A stretch of 64,000 bases of DNA from Acidobacteriota bacterium (GTDB lineage: Bacteria > Acidobacteriota > UBA890 > WLXD01). Below are positions 21,236 to 32,025 of this stretch, piece by piece (the stretch's first letter is position 1; the number at the start of each line of letters is the position of its first letter). Both the position numbers and the translations under genes were made by a program. Under the pieces are notes generated by a model that was given only the letters and a program-made list of their open reading frames with translations, made no database searches and was not told where the DNA came from. The DNA lies in NCBI GenBank assembly GCA_963666055.2, contig CAXWPH010000011.1, positions 128,001 through 192,000 of the forward strand. The letters are read 5' to 3'.

Positions 21236-22002
21236 TCACGTTGCTGACATCAGCTCCGTCACGGCCCGGTGAGCCTCACCGATGGCGGTCTCGGTCATGG
21301 CCCATGCGCCGGCGTCGGAGTTGGCGATCGCGATGCGGCCGAAAGGTTGGCGAGCGACGAGCCACGACGACCGCTCGGGCGGCACGTCGTCGAGCCTCCA
21401 CGCGACCTCACCGGTCTCCGAATCCTGACCGAAGGCATAACCATGCGGCCAGCGGTTGACGGTGATCGCCGCGATGTCGCGCGCCGGGTCGAAGCCCCCG
21501 GCGGACAGCATGCGGCCGAGCTGATCCCTGATCTTGCGCTCGAACGTCTCGAACGTCGTCGCCAACAGACCCCGGCGGGCCGCTCGCCACTGCTCCGGCG
21601 CCGGCCGCCCTCGGGCCTCGGGCACCAGGGGAACGCGGAACATGCGCATCACGGCGGGCTCGTCGGGCGTGCTCGCGTGTCGGTAGCCCCCAATGCTGAT
21701 CGGCGGCGTCAGATTGACGTTGTCGAAGTAACTGCCGGGAGAGCGCACGGCGTGCGTACCGAGCTTGGCAAAGGCGGTCCAGTTGCGGAGCAGGACATTG
21801 GTGTAGACCAGGGGCGCCTTCAGTGCGTTCGATAGTGCCTGCCTTTGCGACTCCGGCAGCTCCTCACAGATGAAAGGGATCACGGCGTTGTAGCAGGCGA
21901 GCACACAACGACCGGCGCGGGCTCGCCGAGCACGGCCGTGCCGGACGTAGGTGACCTCGACCTCGTCGGCGGACTGCGGATCGCCACGGTGGCCAACCCG
22001 CG
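21236..22002 (-). pseudogene. 3' fragment of a spermidine dehydrogenase (SpdH)-like flavoprotein
   Basis: CVLACYN, KAPLVYTNV, GGFDPARDIAAITVNRWPHGYA, GRIAIANSDA. The 5' part is replaced by lower-GC DNA. Confidence 0.8.
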
Positions 22003-22292
22003 AGGTCTTCTTGATCTCCAGGCGCCCGAGTCTTCTCGACTCACTTCGGAAGAGCATTCTTGAAGAACTTGAGTCAGAAGAACACGACAAGGTCACCCTT
22101 CTGTCCCCTGAAGAGTTGTGGACTCGTCTAGAACAGGCGTCGGAGTCAGAAACCCCGGAGACTACGGTTGCTGGCTATACCGTTTCTGTCGAACGGCATG
22201 CTACAAAACCTGAAGAGTGGCGAGCTCGAAGCAGAGCTATCGCTGGGGTTATTGCCAACAGTCTCAAGAAACTAAGGAAGGGATCGGAATAG
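22003..22292 (+). pseudogene. C-terminal fragment of a mobile-element gene immediately upstream of the integrase
   Basis: Open frame ending ETTVAGYTVSV...AIAGVIANSLKKLRKGSE*, abutting the integrase start; lower GC; no start codon after the junction. Confidence 0.5.
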
Positions 22293-22293
22293 C

Positions 22294-24027
22294 GTGGACG
22301 AAGGACAGGGCCAATCTTCCGTCGATGTTGACTGGCAGGAATCTCCGGAAAGCAAATCCCAAAAGGTTGTTGGGATTTGGGTTCGGGTCTCGACGGAAAC
22401 TCAGGTTGAGAGCGAGAGCCCCGAGCATCACGAGTACCGGGCCAGGATGTATGCCGAGGCTAAGGGCTGGACGGTAGCTCGCGTCTACAACCTCTACGCC
22501 GTTTCGGGCAAGGCCGTCATGGACCGTCCTGAGACGGAAGAAATGCTCCGGGATGTTCGTGACGGCGTCATCACTGGACTGATCTTCTCGAAGCTCGCTC
22601 GCCTGGCTCGGAACACTCAGGAGCTTCTAGAGTTCAGCAAGCTATTCCAATCCTACGAAGCTGACCTCATCTCCCTCCAAGAATCGATCGATACATCCAC
22701 TCCTGCAGGGCGTTTCTTCTTCACCATCGTTGCTGGCATGGCCCAATGGGAGAGAGAGGAAATCTCGGACCGGATTTCGGCTTCCGTTCCGATCAGAGCG
22801 AAGCTCGGCAAACCTCTTGGAGGCACTGGCACTTTTGGTTATCGATGGAATGAGGGCAAGTTAGAACCTCATCCTGATGAGGCTCCAGTACGCAGGCGAA
22901 TCTACGAACTGTTCGCCAAAGAAAAACGCTTGAAGGCAGTCGCCAGGATCTTGAACGATGCCGGACATCGCACGAAGAGAGGTGCCAAGTTCACGGATAC
23001 GACCATCCGCAGACTCATAGAAGACCCGACAGCCAAAGGTCTTCGTCGAGCTAACTACACTCGGAGCATGGGTGAGGGAAAGGGTTGGGAGTTGAAGCCC
23101 GAAAAAGACTGGGTGTTGATTCCCGTCGAGCCAATCGTCTCGGAAGAACTTTGGGACGAGTGCAACCATTTCCTGGCTGAGCGCGCTCGTGGACGAAAGC
23201 CGGCCAAGAAGAGGAAGCATCTCTTCTCCGGCTTTGTCTGGTGCAAGTGTGGCCAGAGGATGTACGTGCCCTCGAACACACCGAAATATGTATGCCGTGG
23301 ATGTCGCAACAAAATCACCGTCCGAGATTTGGAGGCGGTCTTTGTTCACGAACTCAAGAGCCTATTTCTTTCTGAAGAGCAAGTCGCTACTTACCTCGAC
23401 CAAGGAAATCAAGCTCAGGGTAAGAAAGAAGAGCTTCTTCAAGCTTTGAATCGAGAGCACACCAGGCTCAACAAGGAGTCCGACAAGCTCTACCAGCTCT
23501 ACCAAGGTGACCAGCTCAGCCCTGAGGGATTTGGCAAGCGTCACCGACCTCTAGAGGAGAGGCTTGAACAACTCGACATGGAGATTCCAAGACTCCAGGG
23601 GGAAATCGATTTCCTCCGGATCAGCAACCTATCGAGTGTCGAGATTATTGCTGGTGCTAGGGAGCTCTATAGCCGTTGGGAAGACCAATCTGAGGAAAAC
23701 AAACGAACCGTTGTCGAGAACATCGTTAGGCGAATCACCATCGGAAAGAAGGATGTCAAATTCGCTCTCGAATACATGCCGCCCATTCCTCCGGCACCCC
23801 TCCCTAAAACGGTGGTAAATAGGCAACAAACCCATGTCCTTGTGGCCGAGGCCCCGGCGACGATGCTTGCACCTGCGGCGAGCTCGAGATCGCCCGCTAC
23901 CGGCGCCGCGTCTCCGGTGCCCTGCTCGACCGTATCGATATCTTCGTCGCCGTCGAACGCACCTGCCTGCGCGAGCTCGTCCACGCTGACTCCGGGGAGC
24001 CGACTGCCGAGGTACGCAAGCGCGTGA
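22294..24027 (+). CDS. Large serine recombinase (integrase); frame reads through the att junction at about 23830
   Basis: WVRVST catalytic Ser, SGK, KLARLARN, recombinase domain, Zn ribbon CKCG...CRGC, coiled coil; lower GC than the flanks. Confidence 0.93.
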   Translation: MDEGQGQSSVDVDWQESPESKSQKVVGIWVRVSTETQVESESPEHHEYRARMYAEAKGWTVARVYNLYAVSGKAVMDRPETEEMLRDVRDGVITGLIFSKLARLARNTQELLEFSKLFQSYEADLISLQESIDTSTPAGRFFFTIVAGMAQWEREEISDRISASVPIRAKLGKPLGGTGTFGYRWNEGKLEPHPDEAPVRRRIYELFAKEKRLKAVARILNDAGHRTKRGAKFTDTTIRRLIEDPTAKGLRRANYTRSMGEGKGWELKPEKDWVLIPVEPIVSEELWDECNHFLAERARGRKPAKKRKHLFSGFVWCKCGQRMYVPSNTPKYVCRGCRNKITVRDLEAVFVHELKSLFLSEEQVATYLDQGNQAQGKKEELLQALNREHTRLNKESDKLYQLYQGDQLSPEGFGKRHRPLEERLEQLDMEIPRLQGEIDFLRISNLSSVEIIAGARELYSRWEDQSEENKRTVVENIVRRITIGKKDVKFALEYMPPIPPAPLPKTVVNRQQTHVLVAEAPATMLAPAASSRSPATGAASPVPCSTVSISSSPSNAPACASSSTLTPGSRLPRYASA

Positions 24028-24299
24028 TCGCCGCCCGCCAGCTGCAGCGCCAGCGCAATCGCCACTTCGACGCCGTCCCCACGGGGCTCAACGCGGCGCT
24101 GCCGGCACGCCGTCTCGACATCGTCTGCGGCCTCGGACCGTCGCTCCTCACTAAGGTTCGGCGATTCGCCGACGACCTACGTCTGAGTGCCCGCGCCTGG
24201 CATCGTATGTTGAGGGTGGCGAGAACGATCGCTGATCTCGACGGAGCGACCCGGGTGCAGGAGCAGCATGCGCTGGAGGCGCTCCATTACCGTCCCTAG
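23823..24299 (+). pseudogene. comM: 3' half of comM (YifB/Mg-chelatase-like ATPase) interrupted by the integrated element
   Basis: ATNPCPCG...CTC...RYRRRVSGALLDRIDI...LSARAWHRMLRVARTIADL...EALHYR. Confidence 0.88.
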
Positions 24300-24310
24300 G
24301 CGACGAGCGG

Positions 24311-24773
24311 GGCACTGTCAACTTAACCGCCCGAGCCTTCCGCCCGCTGAGTCCTGACATCCAGAGAGATAGCTTCTCAGGAAGCGGTGGCTCCCTGCCA
24401 GGCCATCATGGATCGGGCGCGCAACAGCCGGTAGTTTGCGGCTCGCAAGCGGTGCCGTCCCAGTCGAAAGAGGTTGAGGACCACTCCGTGCACGGCCAAG
24501 GAACGTTGAGCCTGCCCTGCTGACTTGAACCGCCGCATCTGCCGTTCCCGCTGGCGAGTTGGCTGATACGCGACCTCTGCTCGGTTGTTCGCAAGTAACC
24601 TCGACCCCGCGCTCGGCCAGCAGATCCTCGAGGTCTCGGAGGCTCAAGCCAAACCGATGATAGAGCCAGACGGCGTGGCTGATGATCTCGATCGGGAAAC
24701 GGTGTCTGCGATAGCGGCTCGCGGCGTTGGTCATAGCCGCACCTGCCAGCACCTTCGTTAAGTTGACAATGCC
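24311..24773 (-). mobile_element. Internally deleted IS6-family element
   Basis: TIRs GGCACTGTCAACTTAA / GGCATTGTCAACTTAA; transposase remnants YRRHRFPIEIISHAVWLYHRFGLSLRD and RRFKSAGQAQR. Confidence 0.9.
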
Positions 24774-24783
24774 ACTCCGGGAG

Positions 24784-25203
24784 CTATATCCAGCCGAGTT
24801 CCTTCATCGCCCACGGGGCATTCCATATCTTGGTCATGCGCTCGACTTTGTCGCTCTCGTTCATGGTTAGTACGTAGACATAGTGCGTGTTCGTTTCTTT
24901 GTTGGTCGGAGGGACCGGACCACCTTCGCCAGTATGCGTGGCGTGAAACGTCGCAAAGAAAACGGCGCTTCTCGTCGCGTCGTCATAAGAAGAGGTGTGT
25001 AGGTCGTAGGTCGCGCCGGGAACCGTCACGTTGCCGAAGCCAGCCATCCACTCGCAGTAGGCCTCGACCGTGTGTAGGTCGACCAGAGGCTCACTCTGCG
25101 CGGTGAAAGTCGCACCGTCAGCGACATACTCCTTACAAGCCTCCCATCCCGCTGCTGCGTCACAAGCCTCGAAGAACTTCCTGGCGTTGTCGAAAGCGCC
25201 CAT
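24784..25203 (-). CDS. SnoaL-like polyketide cyclase/NTF2-fold protein
   Basis: ARKFFEAC, THTGEGGPVPPT, MTKIWNAPWAMKELGW; RBS GAGGAG. Confidence 0.82.
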   Translation of the reverse strand: MGAFDNARKFFEACDAAAGWEACKEYVADGATFTAQSEPLVDLHTVEAYCEWMAGFGNVTVPGATYDLHTSSYDDATRSAVFFATFHATHTGEGGPVPPTNKETNTHYVYVLTMNESDKVERMTKIWNAPWAMKELGWI

Positions 25204-25284
25204 CCTCTCCTCCTCTAGATATTCGTCGCCGGTGCAGGTACCAAAGCAGGATAGCTGAAACCTGACAGTACCGTCGTGGGTGTC

Positions 25285-27897
25285 CTAACGATCGCCCCAG
25301 GAGCAGGTGGCGCTTACGGGGAACAGTGCATCGAGCATCGAGCCGACGGGCGGAAGGTCGGCGCTCATAAGCGCCGGGTCGAGCCACGAAGGTGCCGGTT
25401 GTCCGATCGGCGCGCCGGGTGGCGTGGTTTGCTGACGAGCGCGGGAGTAGGCTGCGGCCGGGCGCGTCAGAAACCGGTCCATGTCGCGCTTCAGCAGAGC
25501 GAAATGCGCCTGGCTGGGTCCCATCATCCCATCGGTTCGTCCGATCCGCGTCGCGAAGCGCATGCTCATCGCGGCCAGCCGGGAGGTGGCGATCGCCCGC
25601 ACCTGGGGCATGGGCGCGTTGGCTGCTAGCGACATCACCTGTTCGACGACGGCGCGCTGAACGGCGCGAATGATCTCCTGCTCGTAGCCGTCGTCGCTGT
25701 CCATACTGAACACCGCCTGGAAGCTGCGATCGAGGACGTCGTCGAGGCCCGGCAGCGAGCTGTCGAGGGCGTGCTGCTCGACCATCCGCGCGGCGCGAGC
25801 CGCGTCGAAGATATTTGCCGCCACGTGCTGAGCGGCCACCACGGCCGGTGTAATCGCGTCGAACGTCATCCCGGTGTAGCGCGGAAACAGCTCGCGGTGG
25901 CGCTCGTATCCCGGCGGCCTCAACGGCAGCTGTGCCAGGAGCGAGCGCGGGAGGGCCAGCTCAGAGGGCTGCAGCGTTGCCAGCAGGGCTTCGAGTGCCG
26001 CCATCTGTTCGCTGCCCGGCACCGCCCCGTTGGCGTCGCCGTGGCCGTCACCGCGCAGCGCGTAGTGGGAGTTCGTGCCGCCGATGGCGGAGGCGGCCGC
26101 TTCGACCTGATAGCGATGATGCAGGTACAGCGGCACCAGTGCTTCCTCGATCGTCGCCAGCGGCGCGCCGAGCTTGATGGCGTTGTCTCCGAAGCGATCG
26201 AGCGCGTGCCGGCGAACCGCCATCATCCGGTTGAGCTCGGCGGCCGGATCATCGCCGTTGGCCCACAGGTGCACGCGCGGCTGCGTCGACAAGTCCTGGT
26301 AGTCCATGTAGATGAGGTCGCGCTCCCAGGCCTCGTCAAGGATGGCGCGGAGCTCCTCTGCCTCGTCGGCCCCAGGCGGGAAATCCTGGTAAGCGTACGT
26401 TACGGCGACCTTGTCCCAGTCGCCGATCTTGTCGTCGTAGACGGCCGAATAGTCGAGCTCGCCCTCGTCGGTGAGCTCGATCAGCGGATGCGGGTAATCC
26501 ATCACCGAGATGCGCCCGAGGCTGCTGGTGTAGTGGTTGTGGTTGAAGCCGAGCGTGTGGCCAACCTCGTGCGCCGACAGCTGCCGCAACCGTGCCAGCG
26601 CCCATTCAGCCAACTCCGGAGGGGTCTCGGTGCCGTTCTCGTAGGGCGACAGCAGGCCCTCTGCGATCAGGTAGTCCTGGCGTACGCGCAGCGACCCGAG
26701 CGTTACCCGACCCTTGATGATCTCGCCGGTGCGCGGGTCGCTGACCGATCCCCCGTAGCTCCAGCCGCGCGTCGAGCGATGCACCCACTGAATGATGTTG
26801 TAGCGCACGTCCATGTTGTCGGCGCCCTCGGGCAGCATCTCCACTTGGAAGGCATTGCGATAGCCGGCCGCCTCGTACGCTTGGTTCCACCAGCGTGCTC
26901 CATCCAGCAGCGCTGAGCGGATGGGCTCGGGGGTGCCCCGGTCCAGGTAGTAGACGATGGGCTCGACGGCGTCCGAGATCGCGGCGCTGGGGTCGACCTT
27001 CTGCAGCCGGTGACGGTTGACGAGCCGCTTGGTCAACGCCGTACCGAGCGGCACCGCGTAGTCCTCGTACGTCGGACCGTAGGAGCTGGCGCGCGTGTCG
27101 AAGGCGCGTGCCTCGTAACCGCCGTCGGGCAATTCCACGAACTGGTGATGCGTGCGGACGGTGACCGCCTCGATGCTCGGGGTCACCGCCGATAGCGAGC
27201 CTCGCCCGAAGCCACCGCCCGGCCCGCCTTGCGTCCCACCGCCACCGCCCTGAGTGGTGAATGTGAGGGTGGCGTTCATGATGACGTTCTTCGGGAAAGC
27301 CTTGGTGTGTTCCCTCGAGATGGCGCTGCGCGAGCTGTCGAGCTGATACTGGGCCGGCTGCAGGCTGACCGCCACACGGTGGGTGTCGCGCAACAGAAAC
27401 TCGGTCATGTCGACCAACGCGCGGCCGTCGGTCTCGGCGGCGACCGTGAAGCCCCACAGCACCGACTGTGCGAATGCTTCCTCGACCGCCACGCGCTCAT
27501 CGGCGTTGTCGCTGTCGGCCCGGTATCTCAGGTTGGGCTGCAGCATCAAGATCTTGGGGCCGACGCGCTCGAACCTGACGAGATTACTGCCGCCGCCCTG
27601 TCCTCGATCGAGTCCGATGTCGTTGGAGCCCAGCCCCGCCGCCAGCCCGCGGACGTAGAGGACGTCCTGGTCGAACCTGGCGATCTCCATGTAGAGCGTG
27701 CCCGCGGCGGCATCCCAATAGAGTGGGAAGAGGCCGTCGAGCTTCTCCATCGCGGCGACCGTCTCCTCGATCGAGGGCGGCGAGTCGGAAGCGGCGGGGC
27801 CGCCAGGCTCCTGGGCGATGGCGGGCGCCGGGGCGATCAGGAGCACGGCAAGTAGCGAAGTAGTGCGGCGGGCGCCCAGCCATCGACATTCGATCAA
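25285..27897 (-). CDS. Exported zinc-dependent metalloprotease (DUF5117/DUF4953-type metzincin)
   Basis: GLGSNDIGLDRG, DPRTGEIIKG, HEVGHTLGFNH, SVMDY Met-turn. Start approximate. Confidence 0.88.
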   Translation of the reverse strand: MIECRWLGARRTTSLLAVLLIAPAPAIAQEPGGPAASDSPPSIEETVAAMEKLDGLFPLYWDAAAGTLYMEIARFDQDVLYVRGLAAGLGSNDIGLDRGQGGGSNLVRFERVGPKILMLQPNLRYRADSDNADERVAVEEAFAQSVLWGFTVAAETDGRALVDMTEFLLRDTHRVAVSLQPAQYQLDSSRSAISREHTKAFPKNVIMNATLTFTTQGGGGGTQGGPGGGFGRGSLSAVTPSIEAVTVRTHHQFVELPDGGYEARAFDTRASSYGPTYEDYAVPLGTALTKRLVNRHRLQKVDPSAAISDAVEPIVYYLDRGTPEPIRSALLDGARWWNQAYEAAGYRNAFQVEMLPEGADNMDVRYNIIQWVHRSTRGWSYGGSVSDPRTGEIIKGRVTLGSLRVRQDYLIAEGLLSPYENGTETPPELAEWALARLRQLSAHEVGHTLGFNHNHYTSSLGRISVMDYPHPLIELTDEGELDYSAVYDDKIGDWDKVAVTYAYQDFPPGADEAEELRAILDEAWERDLIYMDYQDLSTQPRVHLWANGDDPAAELNRMMAVRRHALDRFGDNAIKLGAPLATIEEALVPLYLHHRYQVEAAASAIGGTNSHYALRGDGHGDANGAVPGSEQMAALEALLATLQPSELALPRSLLAQLPLRPPGYERHRELFPRYTGMTFDAITPAVVAAQHVAANIFDAARAARMVEQHALDSSLPGLDDVLDRSFQAVFSMDSDDGYEQEIIRAVQRAVVEQVMSLAANAPMPQVRAIATSRLAAMSMRFATRIGRTDGMMGPSQAHFALLKRDMDRFLTRPAAAYSRARQQTTPPGAPIGQPAPSWLDPALMSADLPPVGSMLDALFPVSATCSWGDR

Positions 27898-28236
27898 GGT
27901 GAACCTCCGGCGAAACGGGTCCCGAGGACACTGGCTCCGGCCGGCGGGGCCGGGCAAGGGCACTCGGGGAGGGATGTCGGTGAGCGAAAGTCGCCACTTT
28001 GCCAAGGTTGGCACCAATAACCAAGCCGGGGTCGCGGCTGCCACGGAGGGCACCATGATGATGACGGCAGACCGGTCTCGACTTGAAGCTCTTTGGCGGC
28101 GATTCGGCTCGCTGGGAAACGACGGTGAGGTAGACCGATCGATATTCTCTTATACGCTCCCGGTACCGCCCGTGAGCGGTGCCGGACGAACGTTCAAGAC
28201 CGGACACATGTATCAAATCACTCGAGAGGGAACGGC

Positions 28237-28995
28237 ATGGATTTCACCAACAAGCGGGTTCTGGTTACCGGCGGCAGCCGGGGTATCGGCTTTGCTATTG
28301 CGAAGGCCTTTGTCGACGCCGGCGGGCGAGTGGCTGTCAACGGCAGAACGAAGCAATCCGTGAGCGCCGCCATCGAGAAACTGGGCAATGGTGAGCGCCT
28401 GGTCGCAGCGCCCGGCGATATTGGAACCGTTCCCGGCTGCGAGTCAGCGGTAAAGACTGCGCACGACGCCTTCGGTGGCCTCGACATTCTGGTGAACAGC
28501 GCCGGCGTAGGTTCTGGTAGACCCATTGAGGATAGCGACGAGGCGATGTGGGACGCTCACGTCGACGTAAACCTGAAGGGCACATTCTTCTGCTGCCGTG
28601 CGGCATTATCCGAATTGCGGAAATCCACCGGCAATATCGTCAACATCGCCTCGGATGCCGGCCTGATGGGGGTGCCAGGAATCGTCGTGTACTGCGCCTC
28701 GAAGGCCGGGGTGGTCAACATGACCCGCGCCATGGCGTTGGAAATCGCGCCAGAGGTACGCGTCAATTGCGTATGCCCGGGTTATGTCGATACCGACATG
28801 ATCCGCCGCAACCATATCGACAAGGCTGAAGACCCATCCGCTGCAGAGCAGAGGATGATCGACTATGCGCCGATGAAGCGCATCGCAACGCCAGCCGAGA
28901 TCAGCCAGGCAGTTCTCTATCTGGCTTCATCCGAGGCGCGTTTCGTCACCGGCGCCGCGTTACCGATCGATGGTGGCGCGACTGCTGGCCATTGA
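28237..28995 (+). CDS. Short-chain dehydrogenase/reductase (SDR)
   Basis: TGGSRGIG, NSAG, YCASK, VNCVCPG. Confidence 0.93.
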   Translation: MDFTNKRVLVTGGSRGIGFAIAKAFVDAGGRVAVNGRTKQSVSAAIEKLGNGERLVAAPGDIGTVPGCESAVKTAHDAFGGLDILVNSAGVGSGRPIEDSDEAMWDAHVDVNLKGTFFCCRAALSELRKSTGNIVNIASDAGLMGVPGIVVYCASKAGVVNMTRAMALEIAPEVRVNCVCPGYVDTDMIRRNHIDKAEDPSAAEQRMIDYAPMKRIATPAEISQAVLYLASSEARFVTGAALPIDGGATAGH

Positions 28996-29029
28996 GTTTG
29001 CGTCTAATCTGTCCTGTGCCTACGGAAAT

Positions 29030-29220
29030 GGCTCAGTCCTGGGTTCGAGCGGCTCGGTGGCCTCATCGACCCGCGGCAGGTAGATCTTGAACGTCGCGCC
29101 GTGCCCCGGCTCGCTATGGACGCCGATGGAGCCGTCGCTCTCTTTGACGATCCCGTCGCGACCCGTATCGCTCACCACCAGCATCACATAGCGGCCCGGT
29201 ACGATGCTCCTGTTCCCGAT
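29030..29220 (-). pseudogene. Histidine kinase HATPase remnant with internal deletion
   Basis: [13 protein letters not shown] joined directly to [29 protein letters not shown]; G1-F-G2 boxes missing. Confidence 0.7.
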
Positions 29221-29429
29221 TGAGACAAGCCAGCTTCGCTTGTCCTGAATCGGCCGGCAGATTAGCCTCCAACTGCGCAGCAGCCGAGGTTATTGGCAGG
29301 GAGAAGAACTGTTTCGGTTGCTGAGAATTCATCGAGCGCGGAGTTTCATGTCCTCAGACGATCGAGGACAAGTGCCTCTACTGCTCTGCGGAGCTGGCCA
29401 GGCTCCACGGCCTCTCCGTCGAAGAGTAC

Positions 29430-30827
29430 ATGCGGCGGGTGACGTCGCTGGAAGCCGATCTGGAGTTCGTCCATCCCGACGACCGTGAGCGCTACCGTCG
29501 TTTTTGGAACTTCCTTCCCCTGAACCGGGAATCTCAAGCGGTCATCGAGTACCGGTTGCTTCCGGTGAACGGGCCCATGCTCCACGTGCGCGAAGTGGAG
29601 GTGGCGATCCCGGCGGAAGACGGCTCATACGGCCGCGCCGTGGGTTTCACCCAAGATATCACCGACCGAGTGTTGGCCGAGAAGGCGCTCGCCCGGGCGC
29701 ACGAAGAGCTGGAGCGGAGGGTCGCCGAGCGCACCGCCGAGCTGCGCAAGCGCGAGTGGCAGCTCAAGCAGTCTCACGAGATCGCGCAGCTCGGATATTG
29801 GTTCTGGGACCCGGTCACGGATGTGCTGACGGTCTCGCCAGAGCTCATGAAGATCCTGCAGCTGCCCGCCGGCGAGGACCTGTTGTTCCCGTACTCCGAC
29901 TTCGTAGCGAAGTTCGTCCACCCGGACGATCGGGAGATCGTCATGAAGCTCGACACCCTCTCACGGGAAAAAAGGCGCTTCGAAACCGAGTACCGCCTCG
30001 TGCGCCAGGACGGGGAGGCGCGCTGGGTTCGCGAAGTCGGCGAGGTCGTGTTTGACGACGCGGGGGAGCCCCTCGGAGAAACGGGGATCGTTCAGGACGT
30101 CACAGAGCAGCGTCAGGACGAAGTGCGACTCCGCCAGATCCAGAAGATGGAGGCAGTGGGCCAGCTAACCGGAGGCGTGGCCCATGATTTCAACAACCTC
30201 CTGACGGTCATACTCGGCAACCTGGAGCTTGGGATCGACGCGACCCGACACGGCCAAGACGCCGACGGGTTCCTGACCGCCGCGCTGAAGGCAACGGTGC
30301 GCAGCGCCGATCTCACCAAACAACTCCTGGCCTTCTCCGGCAATCAGACGTCAGCAGTCCGCGTCGGCAACGTCAATGAGGTCATCCGCGGAATGACCAG
30401 TCTGCTGCATCGTATCCTCGGAGAAGAGTTCGTGCTCGAGACGTCTTTCTGGCCCGCCGAGTGTGCGTCCGAGTTCGATCCTGCGCAGCTCGAGAGCGCC
30501 ATCATCAACCTCGCCATCAACTCACGCGATGCCATGGCGAAGGGCGGCACGCTGAGGATCGAAACTACACTCGCAGAGTGGCGAGGGCTCGCCGGAAATG
30601 GCGAGAGCGAGAGGATGGTGCGTATTTCCGTCGTCGATTCTGGGGTCGGCATGGAGCCCGAGGTGAGGGAGCGCTCGTTCGAGCCTTTCTACACGACGAA
30701 GGAGGATGGCAAGGGTACTGGCCTCGGTCTCAGCATGGTCTACGGTTTCGCGAGGCGGTGCGGTGGCGAGCTCGAGATCGAAAGCGAACCGGGCCGGGGA
30801 ACGACCGTGCACATCCTTTTGCCGTGA
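29430..30827 (+). CDS. PAS-PAS sensor histidine kinase, probably truncated at both ends (no receiver domain)
   Basis: VHPDDR PAS3 repeats, GGVAHDFNNLL, NLAINSRDAM, EPFYTTK, GTGLGLSMVYG. Ends abruptly at HILLP. Confidence 0.8.
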   Translation: MRRVTSLEADLEFVHPDDRERYRRFWNFLPLNRESQAVIEYRLLPVNGPMLHVREVEVAIPAEDGSYGRAVGFTQDITDRVLAEKALARAHEELERRVAERTAELRKREWQLKQSHEIAQLGYWFWDPVTDVLTVSPELMKILQLPAGEDLLFPYSDFVAKFVHPDDREIVMKLDTLSREKRRFETEYRLVRQDGEARWVREVGEVVFDDAGEPLGETGIVQDVTEQRQDEVRLRQIQKMEAVGQLTGGVAHDFNNLLTVILGNLELGIDATRHGQDADGFLTAALKATVRSADLTKQLLAFSGNQTSAVRVGNVNEVIRGMTSLLHRILGEEFVLETSFWPAECASEFDPAQLESAIINLAINSRDAMAKGGTLRIETTLAEWRGLAGNGESERMVRISVVDSGVGMEPEVRERSFEPFYTTKEDGKGTGLGLSMVYGFARRCGGELEIESEPGRGTTVHILLP

Positions 30828-31392
30828 CGCCAATTGCAAACATGAAGGCCACCATGAACGGAAGGGAGTGGCGCGCCGCAGGTTCGATCCCATCCACTAT
30901 CGCGACAAGTACCCGGAACAGCCACCCCACACGAACCGCAACGACGGCCGCGACGATCGATGCATACATTGCCCAGAAGTACGGGCTGGTAAGCGCCATC
31001 TCCCCCAGCGAACGAAGCGTCTGAGTTATCGCCGCGATGAGCGATGGGCTGTTGTGTGGAAGAACCGGAAGCCGCAGAACCACGGCCATGAAGAGGATCG
31101 CCCAGACGCATGCCAGGAGCTTACGTACAGCGAACCAGCGGATCACGTAGAAGCCGAACTCGCCCATCCCGCCCTTCAACATCCGCGCGAGAGCAGGGGC
31201 AAGAATGATGAAGATCACGAACGGTGCAACGAACCCGTAGCCGTCGATCAGGCGGTTGACGGCCCCGTCAACAAAGCCACCGATCGTCGGAAAGTACTTG
31301 GCGCTGAAAATGCCGCTGACAAACGCGCCTACCACGAACGCAACGATGTACTTCTCATACCAGTTGATGAATGCAGCGTATGACATTCGCAT
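30825..31392 (-). pseudogene. N-terminal half of a DAACS-like (dicarboxylate/amino acid:cation symporter) transporter, paralog of 32774-35025
   Basis: DGAVNRLIDGYGFVAPFVIFIILAPAL and KLLACVWA align with DGVNRAVSGLVGAYEVVAPVVVFLVVAPAL and WLLACVWG. Cut at the kinase junction. Confidence 0.7.
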
Positions 31393-32025
31393 GTGCTGGA
31401 GTTACCCTCTTGTTTGACGACTAACGGCTTGGGAGTGGGGCACTCGACGTAGTGCCAGGTGGGAACTCGTGGGAGACGCGGAACGGTTTGCGAATGACAG
31501 TGCGGACCGCGGAACGAAGGGCATGATCACGTCAGTTTCCACCGGTTGTCGAAACAGCTGCCAACTCCGCCGCGTACCAAGGCCGAGCGATCCGCATCGG
31601 CCGCACTTTTCGACCAGCTCGCACGGTGTCCTCGAACGTGGATCAGCTCCAGACGGGGACAGTTACCCGGACCTCTGAGCCCGAGGCCAAAGAGCGACCG
31701 TTCCGCGCCGTCCCCCCCCTAACTCGTCGAAGACTGGCGGTGCCGTCCTCATCACGGGTTATTGCAAGATCGAGGCCAACACGCGACAGACACCCAGCTA
31801 TTGGCGAAACCGCGGTCAGGCCGACGGGAATCGAATGCCTATAAGGAGGCGCCGTTGCCCCAGGTAGAGTCCGCGGCCGCGGTCGATCATCTGGATTCAA
31901 GCTCTGCGCTGAGCGCCTCGTCGAGCTGGTTGCGCTGAGGCCGGCGCTCGGACCAAGTCAAGGAACTATCGCCCGAGCTCCGATGCTATGGCCACATCGT
32001 TGGCATCTTCCCCAATCGGTTCGCC

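Noticed and set aside
31400-32025. ncRNA, riboswitch or sigma54 promoter between the divergent DAACS genes
   Set aside because: No recognisable conserved motif, and the TGGC...TGGC candidate lacks GG-N10-GC spacing. A covariance-model search would be needed.
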